A stretch of 48,841 bases of DNA from a virus (lineage: Duplodnaviria; Caudoviricetes): the IMG/VR virus record IMGVR_UViG_3300037127_000006, positions 1 to 48,841 of that record; one strand, given 5' to 3'. A program made the translations under genes and the position numbers. This document shows, piece after piece, positions 16,855 through 23,974 of this stretch (position 1 is the stretch's first letter; each line of letters opens with the position of its first letter). The notes beneath the pieces were generated by a model. The model saw only the letters and a program-made list of their open reading frames with translations, did no database searches and was not told the origin of the DNA.

Positions 16855-18251
16855 ATCTTCTTCCTCCTCCTCCATCTGAGAGTCTTCCACCTATGTCTGG
16901 CCCAGCCCCGAGCATACGGATACCCTCGACGCTTGCCGAGATCCGCCAGTTCCTCCTCGGATCTGCACGCCCACTCCTCTTCCTTCCGGCTTTTCCGGAT
17001 CGCTTCCCGTTGCTCAGGCGTAACCTCCACCAGTTCACCCTTGCGCTCGGGCACCCGGCGATATTTGATGGGGAACTTGTACTCGCAGTAGATACAGATC
17101 GGCCGACCGGAGGGTTGAGCGGCGAAACACTTCCCGCAGATGCGAACAGAAGGTCCAGTGTCGCCTTCCTTTTTCTTGCGGTGTCCTTTCTTGCTGTCCA
17201 GCGACCACTCGATTTCCTCATCCGGCAGCCCGTGACGCAGGCAGTTTCCGGCATGATCGAGAATCACGGCGGTCTTGCCCTCCTGGGGACGCAAGGCACG
17301 GCCTACCTGTTGCCGGTAAAGTGCCAGCGATTGAGTCGGCCTGAGCAGAATCGCCGCTTCCATCGCCGGCACGTCAACGCCTTCGCCGAACAGCTCGACA
17401 CTGGTGAGGATCTTGGTAGTCCCGGCCTTGAACCTCTCCATCGCGGCCTCGCGCACATCGGCTGGAGTGTTGGAGCACACATGCTCCGTGGCCACGCCGG
17501 CATCCCTGAACGCCTGACAGACGTGCTCGGAATGCCTGATGGAGACGCAGAACGCCAGGGCTCTCATCCCATCGCACAGCCGGAGATAATGCTCCACGAC
17601 GTTACCAGTAATAAAAGCACGGTCGGCGACTCTCTCCAGTTCAGCTTTGACATAATCTCCCATCCTTGTGTGCAGTCCCTTGGTCGGAATCACGCTTGGA
17701 GCATAGACACGGAAATCAGACAGATACCTTTGGTCGATGAGGCTTCTGACCGACGGGCCGGATACCATGACATCGAAATGCTTTCGCAACCCCTCCCCGT
17801 CGAGACGCTCAGGAGTGGCCGTAAGCCCCACCCGGTACGCCTTCGGGAATCCCTTGATTACCTTCGTCCACGTTGCCGCCGTTGCGTGGTGGCATTCGTC
17901 AAACCCGATGAACGTCGGAGGCTCCAGCTTGGTGTAGCGACGCGCCAAGGTTTGAATCGAAGCAACCTGGATGGGTCGATCCGGATTCATGGGAAACCCT
18001 GCCGCGATGATGCCCACCTCGAGGCCCTGCTCCTCGAATGCCGCAACAGATTGCCTCAGTAGCTCGACACGGTGGACGACAAACCAGACTCGATACCCGC
18101 GCTTCACCGCCAGATCGAACATATGTACGAGAAGTACGGTCTTGCCGGAGCCAGTCGGCGCTTCGATCAGCACCGACTGGACGTCACGGTTGAAATGACT
18201 TCGGGCTTCCGAGACGATCGCGTTCTGGTATTGGCGGAGGGTGTAGGGCAT
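16851..18251 (-). CDS. SF2 DEAD/DEAH-box helicase with C-terminal zinc ribbon
   Basis: APTGSGKT, DECHH, TATP, QQVGRALR; CGKC...CIYC. Confidence 0.93.
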   Translation of the reverse strand: MPYTLRQYQNAIVSEARSHFNRDVQSVLIEAPTGSGKTVLLVHMFDLAVKRGYRVWFVVHRVELLRQSVAAFEEQGLEVGIIAAGFPMNPDRPIQVASIQTLARRYTKLEPPTFIGFDECHHATAATWTKVIKGFPKAYRVGLTATPERLDGEGLRKHFDVMVSGPSVRSLIDQRYLSDFRVYAPSVIPTKGLHTRMGDYVKAELERVADRAFITGNVVEHYLRLCDGMRALAFCVSIRHSEHVCQAFRDAGVATEHVCSNTPADVREAAMERFKAGTTKILTSVELFGEGVDVPAMEAAILLRPTQSLALYRQQVGRALRPQEGKTAVILDHAGNCLRHGLPDEEIEWSLDSKKGHRKKKEGDTGPSVRICGKCFAAQPSGRPICIYCEYKFPIKYRRVPERKGELVEVTPEQREAIRKSRKEEEWACRSEEELADLGKRRGYPYARGWARHRWKTLRWRRRKKI

Positions 18252-18254
18252 CGC

Positions 18255-19502
18255 TTAAATCGGCCCTCCCGGCTGCGGTCCCGCAGGAGCCTCGTTCATT
18301 GCCGGAGTCGTTTCAATCGGCATCATCAGCTCCACGTAATCCAGCTGGAGTTGCGGCTTGCCCTGGTACTGCCCTTCATGCCAGAGCACCCTGATCGCCA
18401 CGGTGTTCTCCTTGGCGTAGATGCAGTTGAGGCCGACCAGATCATCGAACGTGGTGAATACGGCTTCCTTCTGGCCCTTGACTTTGATGGAACGGCCAAC
18501 CCACGGCCCGTTCTGGTTGGTTCCGCGGGAGAATTCCTTCACGTCCAGCACCATGACCTCGTTGGAGAGTTTAGACTTGTCGGCCCCCTGCGGGAGATGG
18601 CACAGCGGCGGCCGCGGAGGCATGCCTTCGGGAGCGGCAGGGGTTGCGGGAGGAGCGGTGTGTTCAGGAGCTACCGGTGCCTTCGCTCCGGACGGGATGG
18701 AATCCGGAACATCGGAAGCCATCGGAACATCCTTCGCGGGTTCCGTAAACGTATTGAGAGCCTCATCCACCGCGCCGTGCATCCTGGACTTCGGCGGTTC
18801 CGCAGAAGGAGCGTCGGCCGCCGGGACCGTTGCCGGCGCCTTGTCCGGATCAATGTCCTCATCATCCATTCGCACGAAGTTGTTCATGTCCGAGGACATC
18901 GGAGCGACCTTCGAGATATCACGCACCACCGTCTTGATGCACATTTCCCTGTACCACTTCGCCCAGATCCCGTTGGCCTGCTGGGAGCATCCACGCCGCT
19001 TCTCGATCTGCTCACGCGAGAGGATACTCACATACGGAAACCCATCCTTCGTTGTCAGGGTGCAGTACGCATGGGTGATCTGGTTGTCATCCTTCTTCGT
19101 CGTCAGGCTCGGGATGTGCTTCAGATGCGGTCCCTTCTCGTCAACCCAGTGGGAGAACTCATCCCCGTTGTAGACCACGTTGGCGTGAACGAGGCCGATC
19201 TCCCCGGAGTTGCGGATCTTCTTGAGGAGTCCCGCCGCCATCACGGTGTACTTCGCCACGTTGCCGTACATGTTGATAACCGCGTCATCGCCATCCGGAA
19301 TCAGGCCGTCCTGCGCGGCTTTGCGAATCTCCCCCAAGAGCTGAGACAGATCGCAGTTGCCGAATCTGGGCTCCTCCTTGATCCTCATGCACGCCGCCTG
19401 CATGAACCGTTGCGGGTCCAGATGCTTCGGCATGTACTGGGCAATCTCATCCGCCTTCGCCATCACCTGCTGGATGAACCAGTCGGAGTTCTGTTGATTC
19501 AT
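18255..19502 (-). CDS. recT: RecT-family single-strand annealing protein with C-terminal extension
   Basis: AAQDGL.PDG, GLLKKIRNSG, VY.GDEF, W...EM..KTV.R; adjacent to yqaJ. Confidence 0.88.
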   Translation of the reverse strand: MNQQNSDWFIQQVMAKADEIAQYMPKHLDPQRFMQAACMRIKEEPRFGNCDLSQLLGEIRKAAQDGLIPDGDDAVINMYGNVAKYTVMAAGLLKKIRNSGEIGLVHANVVYNGDEFSHWVDEKGPHLKHIPSLTTKKDDNQITHAYCTLTTKDGFPYVSILSREQIEKRRGCSQQANGIWAKWYREMCIKTVVRDISKVAPMSSDMNNFVRMDDEDIDPDKAPATVPAADAPSAEPPKSRMHGAVDEALNTFTEPAKDVPMASDVPDSIPSGAKAPVAPEHTAPPATPAAPEGMPPRPPLCHLPQGADKSKLSNEVMVLDVKEFSRGTNQNGPWVGRSIKVKGQKEAVFTTFDDLVGLNCIYAKENTVAIRVLWHEGQYQGKPQLQLDYVELMMPIETTPAMNEAPAGPQPGGPI

Positions 19503-19693
19503 TTTTCCTCCGCGCAGTTTTTGCAGACGGCCAGCGTTGCCCGTCCTTGTTTTCCATGAAGTTTCCCGTACCCAGCGGCGACCTCTCCGGGCTTTAAGTT
19601 GTCCGGAATTTTGTGGAGGCCCTGGGTGTCACACTTACACAAGAAAGTCTCACTGACCCTCTTGCCGCATTTCTGGCATGTTGGTTTCTTCAC
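19499..19693 (-). CDS. Small zinc-finger protein
   Basis: CQKC...CKNC; coupled at both ends. Confidence 0.65.
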   Translation of the reverse strand: MKKPTCQKCGKRVSETFLCKCDTQGLHKIPDNLKPGEVAAGYGKLHGKQGRATLAVCKNCAEEK

Positions 19694-20568
19694 TTCGCCT
19701 TCACCTTCCTCGGGTTCACCCGAAACTGTTTTCCTCGGGAGATAGTAAAGGCATCTCCCTTCACCTTGTTCGCCTCTCCGATCTGGCTGAGGATCTTCGC
19801 CTTCGCCTTTGTCTTTTCCAACTCCGCTGCCTTGACGGCCTTCAAGGCGTCGTTGTATTCCTTCGCCAGAGCCGCGACGTCTTCCGTCATGTCCAGCGTT
19901 TCGTTCTCACGCCAGCTCGAATACCTGGAGCAGATGAAATCGGCGTCCTTGTTCCAGTCGATCGCAGGTTCCTCGTTGGCTTCGATGGTACGCCAGAATT
20001 CCGCGACGACCTTCAGGATCGCCTGGTGGACTTTCTCATCGGCTTCCTGTTCGATCTTGACCCACTTGTTGCCACCGACGAGAGCGACGATGTAGCCCTT
20101 GGGGACGCCGGCAACGAGAAGCTGATGCTGGAGCTGGAACAGAATATGAGGAGGGGGTTCCACGATCCCGTCACGTTCGATCCATTTCTCCCAATACTGA
20201 AAACCATCGACGTTTTTGATCTCCAGCATCGACGCCGCAACGTCCTTGCCATTGTCAATAATGTAGTCGAATGACGAGCCGATCCGGTGCTCCGGAAGAC
20301 GAACGTAGCGGTCGGCCTTGGCGATCTTCCATCCCCATTTCTCAGCCGCGCCGATGGCGATCGAAGGCTCCAGGACACGACCGGAAAAGATCCGTTCGTT
20401 CTCTTCGATCTGGATGATCTGCTTGTTCTTTTTTTCAGCCCATAATTGCAAGGCAGATTTGTAAGGCGACACTCCAAACAGCACCGACACGTCCGTTGAG
20501 GTGATATCTTGGACTCGCATCTGAAGCCAGTCCTCGTGGGATTCGGGTTTGATTGCTAACCTCTGCAT
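19690..20568 (-). CDS. yqaJ: YqaJ-like (lambda-exonuclease family) recombination nuclease
   Basis: WL..R...ITST, SPY...L.LW..K, SSFD, LEIK, QLQHQL; start 20568 after GGAGG (ORF-track extension to 20718 runs through the array). Confidence 0.9.
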   Translation of the reverse strand: MQRLAIKPESHEDWLQMRVQDITSTDVSVLFGVSPYKSALQLWAEKKNKQIIQIEENERIFSGRVLEPSIAIGAAEKWGWKIAKADRYVRLPEHRIGSSFDYIIDNGKDVAASMLEIKNVDGFQYWEKWIERDGIVEPPPHILFQLQHQLLVAGVPKGYIVALVGGNKWVKIEQEADEKVHQAILKVVAEFWRTIEANEEPAIDWNKDADFICSRYSSWRENETLDMTEDVAALAKEYNDALKAVKAAELEKTKAKAKILSQIGEANKVKGDAFTISRGKQFRVNPRKVKAK

Positions 20569-20591
20569 TTTTCCTCCGTAAAAGAATAAAC

Positions 20592-20831
20592 TGCCGGACC
20601 AGACCTCAACCCGACTAACCAAAACAGAACCTAAACTAATCAACCCTAACTGAACAACCCGAACCAAAACTGCCTCACCTGAACTAACCAAACCGCAACA
20701 AGACTGACCTGAGCGCACCTAAACTGCCATAACCTGACATAACCCAAAGTAACTGGACGTTCCGCAACAAAACTGCCCGAACATAACGAACCTCACCGTA
20801 ACTTTCCGGAACGAAAAAGAACGCAACTGCC
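20592..20831 (-). ncRNA. Phased pentamer array: 4 units of GGCA + 9-15 x [GTT/GGT-like triplet + NN], plus terminal GGCA; putative guide RNA array
   Basis: Anchors start at 20831, 20777, 20728, 20674, 20595; unit lengths 54, 49, 54, 79 nt; 32/44 triplets GTT or GGT, 40/44 begin with G. Confidence 0.85.
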
Positions 20832-21323
20832 TTAACTCCTTTTCTTCGCCAATTTCGCAATCGCCATTCTCACGGATGACAATTCCTTGTACTCCTTGTA
20901 CCGGCGAGCCCAATCCTGGGCTTCGTTCATAGCCTTGGAGATCACCTGTTCACGCAGATAGGGACGTTCCTTGACAATCTCCATTGGGGCGTACCCCTTT
21001 TCGTCGTCGCTGTCGATGACGCTGTGGAACGCTTTCTGCTGGATCTGCTTGCCGTCCTTGATGACAGCAATGGTGATGTGGTTGACCATGTGCCGGGCCT
21101 GCCAGAGCCGGAATTTGTGGGCGGCAACGGAATCCTGCCACTCGAAGGCATCATGGAGGGGAGACTTCGGACTCCGTGCCTCTTCGACGATCTCTTCCGG
21201 CGTCGGGAATTTTCCCGACTTGTCGTACAGCGAGTAAAGGGCCTCCCCGTACCGTTGTGCGGCTTCCTCGCTGAACTTGCCGCCGGCCTTGAAGATCCTG
21301 CGTTTCGTTTTTGCCCAACTCAT
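20832..21323 (-). CDS. Partner protein of the RAMP-like gene (helical, possibly nucleic-acid binding)
   Basis: TPEEIVEEAR...SPLHDAFEW.D..AA...R..QAR; ATGA-coupled to 21320..21973; stop abuts the array. Confidence 0.85.
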   Translation of the reverse strand: MSWAKTKRRIFKAGGKFSEEAAQRYGEALYSLYDKSGKFPTPEEIVEEARSPKSPLHDAFEWQDSVAAHKFRLWQARHMVNHITIAVIKDGKQIQQKAFHSVIDSDDEKGYAPMEIVKERPYLREQVISKAMNEAQDWARRYKEYKELSSVRMAIAKLAKKRS

Positions 21324-21973
21324 TTGGTCTTCACCTTAAATGTGCCGTTCGGGCCGGCGGTCCGAGAGCCGGGACGCCACTCGCCGACCCCACAGAAGAA
21401 ACCGGCGTAGTTGAAAAGATTGATGACCTGATCGGCGGAGATGAGGTTCTTGGCGAACCGGACTTGAAGCACGGCACTCCATCCCTCAAACGCGCCACGA
21501 TAGCGAATATCCGCCGTCTTCGACATTCCGCCGATAACGACATGGTCCTCCCGCATAACGAGCTTGTCGTATTTGAGAGGGACCAGATCCCCGATGACAT
21601 ACAGCGCACCGTTGACCAATTTCTTCGTCACGTTCTCGATGACGGTTGAAGTGTTGGCAACAGCCGCCTTGAAACCAGAGGCAGGGAAGCCGAAAGTGTC
21701 GGCCTTGTAAGGCCATGACTCCCAAGCATTGAGTTTCTTTTTCGGAAGTTTCGCCCCGGGGATGACGTGCAACGATCCGACGAATTCATCGAAAGGAACC
21801 TTGGCATCCTTCGCGCTTTTGGCCTTCTTCGTCTGCTTGTCCAGAATCATCTTGATCGCCTTGGAAGAGAACTTGTGGACGATCAGTGGAGTGAGTCCCT
21901 CGACAGTAAACTTGATGACTTCCGTTTCGATAGGCGCGATCTCGACCTGCGTTTTCTTTTTCAGGGCAGGCAT
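21320..21973 (-). CDS. Stand-alone RAMP/Cas7-like RNA-binding protein
   Basis: First strand FTVEGLTPLIVH, FPASGFKAA (cf. RAMP PGSSLKG), C-terminal Gly loop GFFCGVGEWRP....NGTFKV; GGAGG RBS. Confidence 0.75.
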   Translation of the reverse strand: MPALKKKTQVEIAPIETEVIKFTVEGLTPLIVHKFSSKAIKMILDKQTKKAKSAKDAKVPFDEFVGSLHVIPGAKLPKKKLNAWESWPYKADTFGFPASGFKAAVANTSTVIENVTKKLVNGALYVIGDLVPLKYDKLVMREDHVVIGGMSKTADIRYRGAFEGWSAVLQVRFAKNLISADQVINLFNYAGFFCGVGEWRPGSRTAGPNGTFKVKTK

Positions 21974-21986
21974 ATCAGACCTCCAT

Positions 21987-22069
21987 AACCCCCCTCATCC
22001 CCGCTCTGCAAGCGCACAAGGTTTGTTGCCACGCGCCACGGCGCAAGCAGAACGGGGGCGAGGGTGGTT
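21987..22069 (-). promoter_or_regulatory. Long imperfect stem-loop in the 5' leader of the RAMP-like gene
   Basis: AACCACCCUCGCCCCCGUUCUGCUUGCGC pairs with GCGCUUGCAGAGCGGGGAUGAGGGGGGUU; G-U pairs favour the minus strand. Confidence 0.65.
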
Positions 22070-22106
22070 GGTTTACGCTACTCATCGTGACGCATGGCAT
22101 ACCGGA

Positions 22107-22135
22107 AGACTACACCAAAAACCAACCCCTGTCAA
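22107..22135 (-). promoter_or_regulatory. Sigma70-type promoter of the RAMP/array/recombination operon
   Basis: TTGACA-17 bp-TAGTCT. Confidence 0.65.
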
Positions 22136-22149
22136 ATAAAAAATTTTCC

Positions 22150-22178
22150 TTGCCTCCTCCGGATGTCCGTGCTATAGT
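22150..22178 (+). promoter_or_regulatory. Divergent sigma70-type promoter
   Basis: TTGCCT-17 bp-TATAGT with extended TG. Confidence 0.6.
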
Positions 22179-22269
22179 TCCTTTAGCAATCGGGAGGAAT
22201 CGAAATCTTGTTCGTCATTTTCCTCCCACCTGTGGGGTCGGGTCCGCCCGGCCCCACACCCTCTGAAAA

Positions 22270-22644
22270 ATGAACACGCTGGACCAGGCAATCAAGGACA
22301 CGGTGAGGAAGCTGGAGCAGAACCGGGCCATCCTCAGCAATCAGCCCTTGGAAGGCACTCTCCTTCAGCGTCCCGAGCAGGGCTTCCCCGTCATGGTCAA
22401 ATGCCCGAAGCATGGCTCAATCCTGACCACTACCAGTACGATCACCTGGACGGAAGGCGGCAAGCGCGTCTACTATTGTATGCTATGCTGGAAGGAACAC
22501 GAGAACCGAGAAAAGCTCAAGAAGGTCCGCGAGGTCTGCGGGAAATGCGAACCCGTGGATTCCGGCAAAACGACAGACGGGCCGATACTGAGACCGAACA
22601 TGAAAGTTGATCTTTCTAAAGTGGGCAGGAAACCCTCCCCGTAA
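22270..22644 (+). CDS. Hypothetical zinc-finger protein
   Basis: CPKH...CMLC, CGKC; downstream of promoter; no clear RBS. Confidence 0.6.
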   Translation: MNTLDQAIKDTVRKLEQNRAILSNQPLEGTLLQRPEQGFPVMVKCPKHGSILTTTSTITWTEGGKRVYYCMLCWKEHENREKLKKVREVCGKCEPVDSGKTTDGPILRPNMKVDLSKVGRKPSP

Positions 22645-23010
22645 TGTGCGCCGCACTTCCTTGATGTGGCTGCCCCGGAAACGGTGCGGGGAGGTCCAAA
22701 TTTCGGCCCCGGCCCCCGTCGCTGATACGGCGGGGACTTTCCCGGGGTCATGCCCCTGCGGTTTGGAAGAAGCCCCGTGGTCTTCGGTCTAAACTCCGCC
22801 GTGTGACCTGGGGTTCCGCAGGGGCGTAATCTTCCCGGTGGATTCGTAACCGGGCACTGTTCTTTCTCACCATGATGCCGCAGGGAGGGGCTTGTAGCGA
22901 CTACTGTGCGTGGTTGCGGCCCCGGTTTCCAACACAACTCAGTCAGTCGAAAAGATCATCCGTCCGATGTGAGTTCAAAGCAAGTAACCAGATTCCCCTG
23001 CGGCAGAAAG
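22645..23010 (+). ncRNA. Candidate large structured non-coding RNA
   Basis: Five or more consecutive GC-rich stems with nested hairpins; no convincing ORF; strand inferred from G-U pairs and flanking genes. Confidence 0.5.
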
Positions 23011-23029
23011 CAATCCGAGATAAACATAT

Positions 23030-23245
23030 ATGAGCATGACCATAGGGCACTGGAAAAAGAAATGCCAATCCCTTCTGTACGAACGGCATGAACTCAGGAA
23101 ACGGTTGCGCGAACTCGAACGTGACTACGAGAAGCTCATCCAAGCCAACATCAGGATGATTCTGTTCGCCAAGGAGAAGGGGTGGGAATTTCCCGACGGC
23201 AGGGAACTGAAAGAGAAATATGGATTCCATCATTATACAATATAG
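23030..23245 (+). CDS. Small coiled-coil protein
   Basis: 71-aa ORF with heptad pattern. Confidence 0.55.
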   Translation: MSMTIGHWKKKCQSLLYERHELRKRLRELERDYEKLIQANIRMILFAKEKGWEFPDGRELKEKYGFHHYTI

Positions 23246-23247
23246 TC

Positions 23248-23427
23248 ATGGCTTACATCCTGAAATGCGACTACTGCGGGAGGGAGTTGCCGGTTGAAGC
23301 CAATCGTGACGGCGACCCGGCAACGCCGACCGAGTGGAAAAAGAAGATAATCGTCATCGGAGGGAAGGCGAAGGTGGTTCACGCCTGCCGGAAGGACTGC
23401 CAATATTACTTGGGCCTCACGACCTGA
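23248..23427 (+). CDS. Small zinc-finger protein (59 aa)
   Basis: CDYCG...P.EW...HAC..DC. Confidence 0.6.
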   Translation: MAYILKCDYCGRELPVEANRDGDPATPTEWKKKIIVIGGKAKVVHACRKDCQYYLGLTT

Positions 23428-23974
23428 ACAGCGTGGCCGTCATGCGGCCATCCTTGAACCTCATGTTTGTAGCGTTCTGCGTGTAGATCCCAACGGTAAT
23501 GTTGCCACCTGAGATGAGACCTGCGGCGATGGCGTCGTCGTAGCCAACCAGTCCCGTTGCCTTGCGCGTGTCACCCGAGAGCAACGCGAGGTCCAGCCAG
23601 CCGATGTTCTCTGCCGTTCCACTCGAGATCCTCACGATCAGGTCGGCGGTTGTCGCCGTCGCCGTATATTGTCTCTCGTAAATACAGGAAAAGAATACCT
23701 GAAGAGTGTCGCCTGCCTGTGCAGCACCGACCACTTCCATCCCGGTATAAAGCGACAGTGCCGCCGCTCCAATATGAGTGCCTCCCTCCCCGGTTCCCTT
23801 AACCCACTGTACTCCGCTGGACCCGCCTGATGAATTGATGACCGGATTCCCGTCCCTGCCGTCAGGGTATTGGATGGTAATGTTGGTGCCGGCCTTGAGG
23901 AATCTACGGATTTCCCTTCCCCTGCGATTAAGCGCAAGAAAGCCGGATCGTTTCTCGTTTTCTTTGCCGGGCAT
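23417..23974 (-). CDS. Tail-fibre-associated protein; C-terminal domain paralogous to tail fibre tip
   Basis: LKAGTNITI motif; GYD.A.AAGLISGGNITV..Y shared with 23974..25293. Confidence 0.7.
   Translation of the reverse strand: MPGKENEKRSGFLALNRRGREIRRFLKAGTNITIQYPDGRDGNPVINSSGGSSGVQWVKGTGEGGTHIGAAALSLYTGMEVVGAAQAGDTLQVFFSCIYERQYTATATTADLIVRISSGTAENIGWLDLALLSGDTRKATGLVGYDDAIAAGLISGGNITVGIYTQNATNMRFKDGRMTATLFRS

Noticed and set aside
17320-17350. Self-target of unit 3 in the helicase (QSLALY) or TerL (YAQKL)
   Set aside because: Only 3-4 of 10 dinucleotides match, which is chance level
20592-20831. Canonical CRISPR array, or coding N-terminal extension of yqaJ (ORF from 20718; ORF 20719..20913)
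   Set aside because: Constant part is only ~7 nt with no palindrome; units have internal 5-nt periodicity that conflicts with codon structure; yqaJ has its own GGAGG and ATG at 20568
22645-23010. tRNA or tmRNA
   Set aside because: No T-loop GTTCRA consensus, cloverleaf spacing or tag ORF recognised
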